The notes: a model not told the origin generated them from the letters alone. A DNA stretch of 63,989 nt, filler included, from Dirinaria sp. TL-2023a (GCA_051941275.1; 5 parts of 5 records of this genome joined end to end with filler, not necessarily neighbours in it); one strand, 5' to 3'; counted from the first letter of the whole stretch, positions 25,096-38,667 are shown. Numbers and translations are program-made.

Positions 25096-25755
25096 CAGGC
25101 GTTCAGAAGGAAGGAATATTGTGGTGGGTTCAGGGCGATGGAGATTTATATTTAGTGGTACATGGTAGGCAGGAACGACTTATTGAGCAAAATTTTGTGG
25201 AAGATATATGTACATACACTTATTTATAAAACCATTCCAACCATATCAAATCATCCATCTCAAGGAGCCCGTAGCGTTTTCTACATACTCTTAAGAAGTC
25301 TCCCTGAAGCTAGCTGTCTGCTGCCATTCCAAAAGCCGAAACCCCCTCCTTTCCCTCGTATTGGAATAGCATTCAATAGCATTGACTATTGGAAGTCTAT
25401 CTGGAGGCATAACCAGGTGTCTAGGTAGGCATTGGGTGTTTTGCCTACCAGGCAAATATAATGAAAAAATCTAGAAATCCTATCTAGCATGCAAATATCA
25501 TGTAAGCTATGGTAAGGCTGATTTCTAATGGCTCGTGAATTCTCATTTTCTTAACCCAGTTGTCTTTCTTTTTTCTTTTTTTGCGCGATTGTCTTTTATA
25601 TTCTACTACGCTATCGCTTTCTCTCAGCCGTGAATAAACAGAACCTGCCATATGACGATTAAACTTCTCCGCCCTAGACCTTATTTACCAGTATACAATT
25701 CAATTTCCTTCGATACACGATACCAACCCCTACCCCCTACACCACTACACTACCC

Positions 25756-25855
25756 NNNNNNNNNNNNNNNNNNNNNNNNNNNNNNNNNNNNNNNNNNNNT
25801 TAATTAATTAANNNNNNNNNNNNNNNNNNNNNNNNNNNNNNNNNNNNNNNNNNNN
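25756..25855. other. Artificial contig linker
   Basis: N44-TTAATTAATTAA-N44. Confidence 0.98.
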
Positions 25856-26689
25856 CTATCGCATTGTGTGTCTCACGGCATCTGGATGTCATACTTACGT
25901 TTTACCTATTAATGGAAAGACTTTTCCCTCGCATATTGGTGTACGGTCCTTATCTCCTAGATAACTACTACTATATGGCGTTGAAGCACCACAGAAAACA
26001 TAAAAATTCCTGAAGATCTTGGCGACATACTTCAAGCATGGAATAGCCTCGAAACGCTTGTCCACGAGGTTGGTTCGGCCCCTATAAACTACATGCGATA
26101 CAGTGTACCGGAACTGCTTGAACCACCCACGCTGGCAAAACACAGCTTGGAAAACCTCTGACTTGATACTCTCCCTGGTAGTCGGTACTGGAGGACGATG
26201 GCATTGGCAATTTTTCGCCTCTCGGCTCGCTTGCTAATTTCAAGGTCCTGAAGTATCACAAGATTGGAGCCTACGTTCTTATTGGCGAGAGTAGGGCTCG
26301 CATAAGTAATAGTCACTCGAATACGTCGAGAGAGACTCGATGGAGAAGCAACTTCCTAATCACGGCAACGCTTTACCTCCGTCCGACAAGACAATTTACT
26401 TCTCGCACACCGATGTCACCCCGAGCCGTAGAGGAGGCTGCTGTGGTGACAATCATCTGGCATCCATATGGAACTAACACCAGCATCAAATACGATAATC
26501 AGCGCAAGGGAAGCTCAAACGCAACGGACCAGTGATTTGTGAGATCCTCTCTTTCTATCTAGGACTACCGAAACGGAGTGGAAGGACTTGCGCTCGAGAC
26601 GTTCACTGCTCCGATCGCTACGCTAATGCCAAATGACGCTGAAGTGAGGCCGATGCCACAGCTTTCAGTGTTCCTTCTAGTCGATGATC

Positions 26690-27297
26690 TCAGGCGTGGT
26701 TGTCTTTGAGAATCGGGATCCACTTGATCGAACCCCCAACAGGGCCAGTGCTTGATGCGAATATAACTCCGGTCAACCATCCCACATCACCGCCATCCGG
26801 AATGAACTCCAGTCTGATGGCGCCATCCGTGACCCTGAAGATGAAAGGAACTTCCTTATTCACGAAATGACTCTCATTCTGGTACTCAAGTAACCCTTCA
26901 GTATAATACTCGTCGTCTTTCAAACCGGGATTAGGGAATGTCGTATTCGCCTGCAGTGTCTCTGTCCGCGCTACAAGATTTAGGTTGGATCCTTGCGCCG
27001 TAATGTTGATAGTAGCTGGCACGTCCGTTGATGCATGAATTTTAGGGGCGTTGTTGACTGGCAAGCATTAGTCTTTTGATGGTCAAGGTTTGTTGGGCTC
27101 TTACCTAGGACGACTTGATTATCTAATGTGGGCCAGACTCGGTCACGTTCACCTCCTACCATCCCCATCTGGTTCAGCTTTGTCGCACCATGGGCTGACA
27201 AGGCTCCGTCACTGACGTGGATGTTGATGTCCAAGGGGATAGAATGGGTAAGTGGCTCCAGCAGACCAAATATAAGGAGGGCCTTGAGACTATACAT
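26690..27297 (-). CDS. Secreted hypothetical protein (186 aa)
   Basis: ATG 27297 with signal-like MYSLKALLIFGLLEPLTHSIP. Intron 27058-27104 (GTAAGA...CTAAT...CAG) joins ORFs 26980-27303 and 26690-27064 in frame; beta-rich C-terminal part. Confidence 0.7.
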
Positions 27298-29738
27298 GGT
27301 CAAGCAAAGTTTTAGTTCTTGAGCAAGGAAGGAGTATTTCAGACGATGGGTTGTGAAGCAAAAAATAGCAGGCTATGTTCCCCTTTTATATGGGAATTAC
27401 CAAGTCGAGCATCCCTCTACGATTCGAATCACGATTTGAATCGTTATATGATCGGTCGATTACGTGCTCAGCAGATAAAGGTATCTTATTCGCCCTCATG
27501 GCAACTCTGTTGATCTCTTTCATGCAGCCAAATCACTCTCTGTACCGCTTAACCAATCTGTTGCTCGCAAGGACTGCCTCCGGTATTACCATTGAAGAGG
27601 TAGGTATGGATTGGCATAGCCAGGCCTTCACCCGCGTATAGCTACGTCAGTACGAGTACCAGCTGCACAAATATTAACTTATCATCGGCGATTCTTGATA
27701 TGCCCTTGGTATTGGAGGATAATATTTTCGATCCTCCTTTCAGCCAGCCAAGGAACGCCACATTCTTAACGAGGACTGATAGCCATACATCCTTGACTCG
27801 AACGTGCCTGCCCCGGCGTTCCTATCTGCGAATACTTCTCTCGTGATGTGACGTCTTCAATTGGCTTGCATGCCGTTTTCTAATCTGTTATAGCGCAAGC
27901 GAGACGGATTCGCTAAGCGATATTCCTATAGACTCAGTGGTGAAGACATAAATCATGATACTGTCACTGAGACCGGCGTGATGCCCCGCTTCAAGAGTAA
28001 TACAGCAAATCGAACACATTCAAAATTTGTCTGAATAGTTGGGTATAGACGTCTTCCAAGGACCAGAGCCCTCACGCCCGACGTCAATCATTAACTTGAT
28101 TCAAGATGGTGGTGAGGAAACGGTGATGTCTGACAAGACTTCATCGGGGATATTGCAATACTAGCAAGGCAAAGTTTTATCCACATCCTCTTGCCATGGC
28201 GATCGATCGGCTTAACTGGAAAGTCGATGGAGAACGTCATCTCTTCAGCCGTCAATGGTAGGAAAAGTCGTTTCCGGCTAGGTCCAATGGGCAGTCAGAG
28301 AGAAACTGAGCCAGTGTCTAGAGCGCTCATGCTGCTTAGCTAAGTTTTCTTCCAAACCTGACGCGAGTCCACGATCGACGATGGCACATTCCTAGATTGC
28401 TATTCGTTGATAGGAGGAGGCTGTGGTCATAAGAGAAGTTACCAGTCTGGCAATGCTGACTCTCGTGGCTCTCGTACCGCATTCTTTGAAGTCTTGGACT
28501 TCTGCGCAGTCCGTGCATTTCTGAGCCTGCCGATCGGTCTTCATAGAGGTAGGAGAAAAGGGGGGAAAGGCCGCATGAACTTCGTTCGTACAAGCAACCC
28601 AAATCAGCATAGACTGCATGTTAACAGCGTGAAGTTCGTATCACTGCATATGGTATTTGAGCATCAAATTTGAACCGCCATTTTTTCTCCTAGCGCAGAG
28701 ACTTGACCCTGCGGGACTTTTTGTGTGACGGTGGTCGAGTTCGGGATGAGCATACAGATTCCAAATTACGTCAGGTTGCTGTGACTAACACAGATACCTT
28801 CAGTTGATATGAGCGCTGCTCTGAAGTTCACATCTAATATCTCGCAAAGACATGGATAGCCAATGTGCCTCAGTATTTTCGACATAGCGGCGGTCACTGA
28901 GAGAAGCTCCCACATACACACGCTAGTAATTGCTATAGTAAGTACAAAAAAACTTTTATGGCATTGAGCTGACATCATCTTCCGCACATGCTCAAGGAGT
29001 TTTCCTGGCTGTATAGAGATCTTCTTGCTCGTCTAGAAAAAACGGAATCCCATTTTGATAAAGCGGCCCGGAGTTCGGGCCGTCTGGGCCGCATGCAGCC
29101 ATTTTTACCCATTTATACTGAACGAAAGTCATACTTTCAGGTGCTTGAGCAGATTAAATCGCTCTTAGCAGCGTAAAAGCAATCATCGCCAAGTCATCAA
29201 TCAACATGATGAACGCCGCAAATCCTCAACATTGTCGATGTGACCCAGCGCAGATTCGCTGTGTAAGACAACTTTACACCCCCCCATCGAGGCCAACCCT
29301 GCTCACTGTTCATCTTTCATATCGCCCCTTCTTGCAATTAGGATGTGCTGTCAGGGAGTGCACATCTCCTTCACATTGCCGGACCGGTCGCGATGTCGAG
29401 TATATCCTGAGTAAGTGATGACATAGTGCCAAACCCGCTATCGTTGGTTGCATCCGCGGTTGCTTTTTCATCTCTGCCAGGAATGGTGGCCTACAAGGAT
29501 TATTGCTATATCTCTTCAGTCTCTTCCAATTTCAGCAACAGCATTCGGTTAGCAGGAGCCGCCCGCCATGTTCCAATTTGCCGTTGTTAATCGTCTTTAT
29601 GCGACTTCCGAAGACCCGAAGCGAAACGCGAACGTCTAGAGGTATCTGCTGTTCGGGAGCCATAAGACCTCTAACCTTCCTGAAAGATGCAGATCCTACA
29701 CTTGACCCTGCATTCAAAATTTACTGAACTTCAGCACG

Positions 29739-30716
29739 ATGATACCCTCCCTATGCATGTCCATATGTGCCTTAGCCGGTGTATGTGCTGCTGCGACCTT
29801 ACCGCACCCCTCTCTCCGTATCAACAGTACCACAACCTCCGCATCGAATCTCCTAACGCTCAGCCAAAGTCCTGAAGTCTGGTATGATAATCTCTCGGTC
29901 ACGGCAAAAGATCCAAGATTCAGGGTGCTCTTCCGCGATACCGGCGAAGATCTTTCTGACAAGTCCACATATCTTAACGTGCTAAGAGCGTTGTGGGATT
30001 TGTCAAAGCTTCCGTTTATTAGTTCATTTTCTGCTGCAAGGTGGTCTATTCCTGAGTACGAAGATGTCATGATAACTGTCGACCCGGACCGAAGTTTTCC
30101 AAGGCTGCTGCAGGTCGATCATGTAATGTGGGCTCTTGAGGCTACTGTGCAACAAATCTGGCAAAGCAATTTCCATTCCCATCAAGTTCAGCTAGCCTAC
30201 GATTATGGAGGCGAGGTTGGTGAACTCGTGATCGGTTTTATGCAGATTTCCAGACCTACACGGCCTGTAATCAGCACTGGCACAAACTCAACTTCAGAAC
30301 CAGGACCAAATGCCACTTTTGCTATTGGAATTCCTGCCACTACTACCAACGGCACTATCACATCTCTGGACGCCCGTGGCTGGGCGCTAAAACAACATCT
30401 GACTGGACCTCGAGTCCCTAAGAATGTGATTTTCACGCTCATATTCGGAGCAATTATCCGCATGGCTGAATTTCCTCGTTCCGAATTTCCTCGCCATGAC
30501 ATTCAATTCATCAGAACACCTGGTTGGGCTCTCGGGATCAAGAGTTCGGAGTCTCAGAACTTTGAGTATGAACAGGTCCAATGGATGTTATATCACATTG
30601 CGAAGGGTATGTACGGCGATAACAAGTTTCGCCTTGGATCAGTAATCATGACTGTTAATGAGCAGACTGTGGGCTACGCGGAATTCCGTAGAAGGCCTAG
30701 CACCAGCGTTACGTGA
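29739..30716 (+). CDS. Secreted protein with two similar ~120-aa domains (325 aa), unknown family
   Basis: Single-exon ORF with signal peptide MIPSLCMSICALAGVCAAATLP and a S/T-rich linker with N-glycosylation sequons. Halves align by eye (YLNVLRALWDLSKLP/FTLIFGAIIRMAEFP; DHVMWAL/EQVQWML; IGFMQI/VGYAEF). Confidence 0.8.
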   Translation: MIPSLCMSICALAGVCAAATLPHPSLRINSTTTSASNLLTLSQSPEVWYDNLSVTAKDPRFRVLFRDTGEDLSDKSTYLNVLRALWDLSKLPFISSFSAARWSIPEYEDVMITVDPDRSFPRLLQVDHVMWALEATVQQIWQSNFHSHQVQLAYDYGGEVGELVIGFMQISRPTRPVISTGTNSTSEPGPNATFAIGIPATTTNGTITSLDARGWALKQHLTGPRVPKNVIFTLIFGAIIRMAEFPRSEFPRHDIQFIRTPGWALGIKSSESQNFEYEQVQWMLYHIAKGMYGDNKFRLGSVIMTVNEQTVGYAEFRRRPSTSVT

Positions 30717-32011
30717 GGCAGGCATGTCACTTGGGAGGTCTATTAGTCTGCGTATTTGAAAATTTGCATAGTTCTGTGCGTCCAGGATTCTGCTAGTATT
30801 CTGATCTCTGGTGATCATCGTTGTCGATATTCACAATGCTATTGAGCTCTGGAACCCTGTTGGATGACTAGAGTACGAAATTCGCTTTCTTACACAGACT
30901 CAGACTGCCAACGTGCCCGAAATGAGTGGTACATGCCTTTTTAATTAGGAAATTAATGAGATAGGCTTGAAGATAACTGCATTCGAAGCTTGGACACCTA
31001 CTTCCGATGAAACCGGAGAGGATGCCGGTTATGCGATGCACTTGGATATCTGCCCTAAAACCGCCTAGAGCGCAGCAGCGCCACGAGTGGCGGGATTGGA
31101 TGATTCTAGGAAGCAGATGCAGGCGCAGTGCTACGCTTTACATCGTCTCATGGTAAGAGCTTGTTCTGACTTCATTCACGTCTTGTTGCCATCCACGGAT
31201 TGAACGATCCTCGCCATAAGCCCTGCACAGCACAGCTAAGGAAGCTTGGACAGCCTCGAATGCCTTGAATTTTAGCAAATAAGGGTATTATATGTTCGGG
31301 CCCAAGTCTAGTAAGCTTTGCTGAGAAGTAAACGCAATACCTATGTATGTAAGGTACAGACAGGGTGATGGAGAGGAGAGAACGCCGGCCTTGGCCCTTG
31401 GCGCCAAGGGCTCAGGCCTGGGGGATCTTCTTCCTTCTTCCCACTTCCCCTTCTCTTACAGTCGGCACAGACTTGAGCGTACTTCTTTTACCCCCAGTCT
31501 CCGGTAAATATCTGATGACTCAATACACGCTGTTCCTGGAACGGGTTACACGATTGCTCCAAAGAGAAATGGAGCCTAGGGTAACGGGCCGTACCCCGTG
31601 CAGGAATACCGATCCAACCAAAAGTGCATAGTCCATCCGTTGCTGATTCAGGAGCCGGAGAGGTCACCGACAAGTCAATTGCATAAGTCCAAAATCCCAC
31701 AATAACTCCATATTTTCAGCAAAAGATTCGTAAGCTGGTCTTTTTATTCGACTGCATATCTTTTCCAGGAAGGGTAGTCTGATTATGCGATCCGTGATTA
31801 CGCCGTGCGCAAGTTTTGGCAGAGATTGTATGTCGGGTCTAGAATATGAAGCTTCGCTCGAGATTGTGCCATCCAAGGAGGAGGTCCAGATTTGCATCAT
31901 CTGAATATAAGTAGTCGCCTAAGTACGAGCTCGATAACCCAAGGCATTGACGTATCACTATCACCATCAGCGAATCAATAATCACTCAAGTGCTTCGTTT
32001 CAAAAATCAGA

Positions 32012-32395
32012 ATGTCTCAGCCTTTGGTTCTCCACGCCCACAGCTCGGGCCCTAATCCCATCAAAATCGCCATCGCCCTCGAGTTCTTAGGCGTACCTTA
32101 TAAGACCAAGCTATGGGAGTTCGGCAACGACCCTGAGAGAGGGGTCAAAGGCGCTGCATTTCTCAAAATCAACGAGAATGGCCGTGTCCCCGCACTCGAG
32201 GACCCGAACACCGGAGTTCTGAGCTGGGAGAGCGGCGCAGTCATGAATTACGTAGTCCGAAATTATGACAAGCAAGGACTATTGCGACCAAAGAACAGTA
32301 GCGAGCAGGAGAAGGTGGATTTGGAGAAATGGGAGTATTTCTTGCTGACCACTCTTGGGCCGATGACGGGACAACGGAATTGGTTTAGGTGGGTT

Positions 32396-32428
<33 letters not shown>

Positions 32429-32766
32429 CCAAATTCGTCTTTTGATGAGAAAATCTGACGGCTCGTTGTAGACATTATGAGGGCACAAAAAACGAAGGCG
32501 CTTCGGAGAGGTACAAAGAACAGACGTATCGATGCTACGGAATTCTAGACGAGCAGTTGAAGAAGAGTGGTGGTAAAACGGTCCTTGGCGGGAAAAAGGT
32601 GACCACAGTAGATCTCCATTTCGAACCTTGGGTGCGGGAGTATGGGCTTGCGGGACTGAGTCTGAAAGATTATCCGTATGTGGAGGCGTGGTTAAAGGGA
32701 ATGGCCGAGCTTAAGGAGGTCAGGACTGCTTACCAGAAGATCACTGGCGAGGATCCTCAGGCATAA
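32012..32766 (+). CDS. Glutathione S-transferase, Ure2p-like class (223 aa)
   Basis: SGPNPIKIAIALE, FLKINENGRVPALED, WESGAV, TTLGPMTGQRNWF and C-terminal TTVDL..EPW...YPYVEAW. Intron 32389-32471 gives a 672-nt CDS. Confidence 0.92.
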
Positions 32767-34074
32767 GGTAGTCCTCCTTAGCTTAGCCCTAATCAACCAT
32801 GTGCCGATAACAAAGAATGGAAGATACCTTACATCTCTTCAAAAAAAATACGCGCCAGCCCAAAAGCCGCGGATTCGAAATTGGCTGATGTCCAATACAC
32901 TCTCTTTTTTTTGGCGGACTTATTGATTCATAAAATGAAGATCGAAATCGGCAAAAGCTCAGGCCCGCCTTTCTTTGAAAGGCAGGGTCCTTACCAAATC
33001 CCTCCTGGTATACCCTGTACTATAAGGGCAGAGGCCAGAGTTCAGGCTTCATTGGGATTTTTGGGTGTACTTTATCAGCGCAGTGCTTAACCACTGCGCC
33101 ATCCACTCCGCTTGAAAACCTAGGGCACAGTTTTTTAATATGTACTTTATAATTAGTTTTCCCACCACAACACAACTACATTAATTTCAATTTATTTTCA
33201 TGCTTGGATTTTGCGATAAACATCTCACGCAAGCCTAGAGAATTAATTTCTCTTTATTTTGATGCTCTGACCATGCTAACAGCATAGAGACTGGGTCCTT
33301 GAAATAAGTCTCGCTCAGGAATTGTTCGTATTTGACGAAGATTGACATCACACTCGAGAATGATTAGCTTCCTCGATCTTCCTGATCTCATTCTCCTTTC
33401 AATAACCTGCTGACTTGCTAAAACCGCTCTTTGCGATGTAGCGTGATCTGAACGATGTTCTTTCCGACTCAAATCTCGATAAAGATCATAAAATAGGAAA
33501 ATCCAGCGCTCATCACACATCAAGGCTGAGGGAAACTTGATGGTGATTAACGCAGTTAAATCACTGCTACCGTCATCAAGTACATGGAAAAAAAAAATGA
33601 AAACCCTGACTCTAAGAAAGGTAAGGCTAGAGGTCTGATGGTTGAAGATGCTCATGGTTTCCGTTCTTTTTCCAGTATGAGAAAATGACCAAGGGATGAT
33701 ATTTGTGGTTCTATGGTGCTTTGGGAGGTTTCATTCATTTTGCCTTGGGCTTTTGGATAGCTGCATAGGAAAAAGAAGTTGCGGAGTCCGCTAAGTGTCA
33801 TAAAATGGAGCAGCGCCATAAACTTCAGCGGCGAGATACATATCCTCTATTGCTCCGCAACTCACTATCATACATAGACGACCTGTACCATACGCGGCAG
33901 CGCCCGCAATGCCAGCCGTCTATTCTACTTGTCAAGAATCCTCGAAAGAATTTAATGAAAGTTCTCCGTTCCTACAACGACGGTAATGGCGGACTACCTT
34001 CAATAGCTCGATAAGAAAATATGTAGGTAGAAAAATCTCCTCCTCACAAACATATAACCAAGAATATATCAGTG

Positions 34075-35540
34075 TTAAAGAAGAAATTGAAGGTGTTGCA
34101 GCATCTTCTCAATCCAAGTAGCCGGCCGATGCTGGTATTGGATTCCTGACTGCGCTTTGTAAACGCAAAATGCTCTTCGAGCTGAGTTCTTGTACTGAGA
34201 GAACCTCAACTCCAACCTCTTTAACTTCCATGTTAGAACGCTAGCATTATCTCGCAAGCTATTTCCTATTGCCGGCTTCATAGTTTCATGGCAATTTTTC
34301 GCATACGAGCACAGTATTGCTGTCCTCCTCCAGCATTGTTAGAATTGATTTCAGGGTTTCGCTCTAAGTCTATAGTACAGAAGGAAGCTGTGCAAACATG
34401 TATTAATAGCTGCGTTACCTTAATCTGAGGGTAATCACCAATAACAAACTACCGTATGGAAAGTTTCATGATCCTCCTACGCAACAATTCTGTAAGTACA
34501 GAAGTCGCATACACCATCTAGTATATTAAACAGCATTGCCGGGACGAGCTTGCACACTCTTAGAGCCTTAGACATGGAGTGAGTTCATGAGCGTTGACCA
34601 TACTTCCAGGATTCTTCAATCTTGATTATCGCTCAGGTCCTATCATCTCTTCCCGAACAGCTGGAGCTCGCCGTCCCTATACCAAGATCAAATGATCAGT
34701 CACCTACAATGTTAAGTCTCTATGCGATGACTCTCAATGCATTCTTCATAGTCCGTAGTCAACGGCCATAGAAGCTTATATCTAGTGCAGCTTTATCATT
34801 TGAGCGCAGCATTCCGGAACGGGAACGAGTTGACAATTCAAAAGCTATCCGTACTTTAAACTCCATGAGTGGCATTGATCAGCTAATTAGACTCGCAGAA
34901 CAATATCGCCTGTTTTTTATCCGTTGGCCGCTGTCGACACGAATACGACTAGGCCCGCCGGTTTCCAACTGCCAACGTCTAAGAATACTGCGCTCGAAAA
35001 TCAGACGAGCGATTATGATGCTGGAAGGAGATTCCCACATCGTAAAGAGCTTTCATTAAAATCTTGCCATCTATCTCGGCCAAGCCGAGTTTCGCGCCTC
35101 TCAATTCTCCAATTTGTCGCAGTACGAAATAGAGAATGTATTGCAACAGCACGTTTACATATTCAATTTTTAGCAGAGACGTCATACTATGCTTCTCGAA
35201 TGCTTCGTCAGCACCAGCAAACTCGTACGCTTCCTCTATGGCGCTGATATGCCTCCCCGTCAGCCCCTTTACCATTGCTTCAGCCATGAGCAAATCCACA
35301 AAATAAGCACACTTAATAAACTTCTGGAAAATCGGCTTTTCCCTTTCACTCACGAAGCTCTTAAAGGCTCTTTTCAACCGTCATGAGTCCTTCGTGCATT
35401 TCAACACCTTCTCTCTTAACAACTTCGCTTCTGCGCCGTCGGGCAAGTTGAAAGCAATGCTCAGCATAACGGAGAGTACACGAAACGATTCCTCCGCGAT
35501 AAAGAATACAAGTCTGATCACACTAGCCTATATGTGCGCG
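34075..35540 (-). pseudogene. Decayed helical-protein gene fragment
   Basis: ORF 34979-35377 extends upstream through a TGA (...REKVLKCTKDS*RLKRAFKSFV...) and downstream through more stops; ORF 34075-34281 may belong to it. No family recognised. Confidence 0.3.
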
Positions 35541-36613
35541 CCGCTGATTCCTGTGAGCTCTCTCTCTCTCGCTTTCCTTACCTAGACAGCTCCACAAATA
35601 TGGAGAGATAAGAAACATCCAGGAAAAAAAGAAGGGGAAAAAAAAACAGCATGGATCTGGGATGATTGCGACTAGGCAGATTCTTTCTCTGAGGCTGGCT
35701 TATCTTTGCACGAGTTTTTGCCTGGGTAGACAATCTTCAGCAGCAATCTCGTGCGATCTCCTGAATGAAGCGCTGGATTCAGACGCAAGAATCGCCGAGA
35801 GATCGCCGTTTCGATGGTTGTCGCGGGCATCCTCACTCTGCTTACCTTTGTGATCCCGCATTTTGGGGCTCCTGAGTCAGAAGAAGAGGTAGGGCCATTC
35901 CTGCTGCCAAACAGCCTTTCGCTGATTCAAAGCGAGATGTCTAGTTGAGATATTAGGCCGCGAGCATATAGTTTCAGTCATTCGCAAATCCAATATCAGT
36001 TGGTCAAATTGTGGGTGAGGGTCCCTGCACTGAGGAGTTGTGCGCAAATGAAGTCGAGAGTGGGGATAACACATCTTTTGCTCGTAATATCCTGCAGCAT
36101 GAGCCGATGAAGATTGGAAAGGAGCGATTTATGATCAGATAATTATGTCATTGATCAATTGAGACGAATGAAAAAGTCTTCTGTATTGTTCCACACCGGA
36201 CAGAGGCATCTGTTCTTCATGGATCTCTCCCGCTGCTCGCAACAATTAATCAATAGAATATCGTGGTAGTTGACGACGTAAATTCTTCGTTCTGAGGCTT
36301 GTTTCTGTATGAGAAGAAGAGCAGTCCCGATAAGGTAGTACTAGAGTATCATAACCATTTCAATCTTCCCGATCACTGAAACTTGACCCTGTTCTGTAAT
36401 TCATGCCTGCCTAGATGCGCTTGCTGTACATCGCAGGTTGACTGTGTAGCGGATTAAAGCCGTGACTGTTGCTCTAGTCGACCACAGCTTGGCGCTCGGT
36501 CAAACTTCGGCTTACTCGAACGCGACATCTACGAATTCACGACTCGTTCACGTTCCAGGGAATTGATCACCATTTAGCTCCCGAATACTTCATTCAGCAA
36601 GTCTAGGACAAAG

Positions 36614-38667
36614 ATGAATGGCAGTGAGTATATCCAAGTCTAGTCGCTAGCAATATCTGACTTTCTAGGCCGGGACGAGCGTCTGTTGATGCGTCAGCGG
36701 GGCGCTGGGTAAGCCCGAATCTTCTTTCCAATTTACTCCCAAGCTAATCATTTTGATAGAACACGTCAGATCAAGAGTTCAGGATTCGATCTCATTTTGC
36801 CAGGGCAGTCTAAAACGCCGTTAAAACCTCGAAAGTCTGGGAAAGTTGGAAAAACTCCGCTAGCAAAGCTCGCTCCTCTGAAGTCCTCCCGTCGTACGCC
36901 CAAATCCAAAAGCACAAACAACGCTTCAAAACCGAAGAAGGCGCCAGTGCTGCCTTCTAGTAAACCAGCGGACATTGACGATGAAGATGATATGCTTGCG
37001 TCAAATGCGGGTGGAATTGCTGGTGTGGAAAGTACGACGAAGAAGCGGAAATTTGCTGGTGATGGAATCATTGGTAAAGGCACGAAGAAGCCAAGATTGG
37101 CTCGAGACAACGGAAGGGAGGAGACAGGTACCATCAAAGGAGGCCGAGCTACGCAGCACAAGCCAGAAACGGGTGCCTATAATTCCAAAGCTCCAGTAGA
37201 TGCCGGACCAACGGAAAATAGTATTGAAAAAGAGCTCAGTGTCAGCGTGCCGGAGATCACGGTTTCTTGTGTGACAAAAGAGGAATTTTCAAAAGGTCAG
37301 GTCAATGAGGAGGCCATTGGTGCCGAGGAGAGCCAGGAAAATGGACAGTCGAGGACTGACGACGACCACCGCCCTGGGCAGCGGAAACGGGTTACCAAGC
37401 CAAAGGCTCCCAGGGATCCAAAAGCCCCAAAGCAAATGAATCATGTACCCGCTATATCCAAGGAGACTACAGAGGCTTCAGCGGGCGCAGCTCCGACAAA
37501 GAAAAGGAAAAAACGCAGGTCGATCGGACAACAGTCGATGAAGGCTAAGAAACGACGGTCAAGCGAGAGCACGAAGGACTTGCTCCCTAAAATGGAGATT
37601 TCCAATTCGCCCCCTGCCGGACCCGAGCCTCCTGGGCTACATGCCGGCATCCCTCAGAATCGACTAGGCAATTCTACACCACCTGTCGGAATTGAGACGG
37701 CATCGCCACAGGTTGATTTCAATCAGGCTACGCCAAATGTGGCTTTGGGCGCAAGTGAATATCCACCTCATGTGCGGGTAACTCAGGAGAAGAAAATACT
37801 ACGGACCGAGCCTCAAACCAAAGCGAAGCCGCGTAAGAAACGCAAGCCTATAGCACAGGTCAGGAGGCCAAAGAAGCCGCTGAGAAAGGACAGTACGGAC
37901 GCCGTACCTCAAACTCATGCCGTAACAGACAAGCATAAGCAAGTGCCCAGTACACTGGCTTCAATTTCAGTCACTCAGCCTAAGGGTCGGCCAAGAAAGC
38001 CCCTTGCAAATGTGACAAACGTCACTAAAGATGTAAAAGCAAAGTCATCAAATCCCAATTCAAAGGAGGATGCAGCATCGAGAATGATCGAGCCAAATTG
38101 CAAAACACTCAAGATTACGCAACCACCTGCACCACCTGAAAACCCTTCTACAGGTCTAAGCGAAACCCGCGATAAGCCGGTGATCGGCACGCCTCAGGAC
38201 CGCCATGATGAATCTCATCCCAATGCTCCCCCAAAGCCGCGAGGCCGCCCTCGAAAGCAGCCACAGACCGCACCTCCACCAAGCTCAAACAAAAAACCCC
38301 TCCCCAAACCCCAGGCTCCATCCAAACCTCCCAAGCGAGCAACCAAACCATCGAAACCAGCTCCTCCGGCATCAGTCCCCATCACCGTATACCGCCCTGA
38401 TCCCCCCACCACCAACGACTCCGACTCCGACGACCCGCTCTCTCTAAGCGCGCATTATCCGCCGAAGAAGAAAGTCCCCAACGCGATCGACGTGCTGGCG
38501 CAGGTGTCGCAGGAGATCCTGGAGAAGCAGATGAAGAAGGAAGGGGTCAGTCCCGAGGAACAGGGTTTCATGGAGAGGTATGGAGAAGAGTTGGGAGAGA
38601 AGTTGAAAGAGATGTCGGCTTTGGCGGATGAGAACGAAGCGCTGAGGAAGGCGGTGAGGGTGGGGAG
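36614..38667 (+). CDS. AT-hook protein resembling fungal inner-kinetochore CENP-U/AME1-domain proteins, 3' truncated by contig end
   Basis: ATG 36614; introns 36624-36668 and 36709-36759 give MNGSRDERLLMRQRGAGTRQIKSSGFDL. K/P-rich disordered body with AT-hooks KGRPRK and PRGRPRK, and C-terminal NAIDVLAQVSQEIL...YGEEL..KL coiled coil. Family from recalled motifs. Confidence 0.65.

Noticed and set aside
12929..25755. Assignment as a named transposon, Starship or endogenous virus
   Set aside because: No transposase, reverse transcriptase, integrase, tyrosine recombinase, RdRp or terminal repeat could be recognised.
32263..32488. Poly-Lys and poly-Phe ORFs
   Set aside because: They are artefacts of the ~32-nt T run inside the GST intron.
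32012..32766. GST as the gliG-type gene of the ETP cluster
   Set aside because: It is on a different contig, two linkers away, and looks like a generic Ure2p-like GST rather than GliG.
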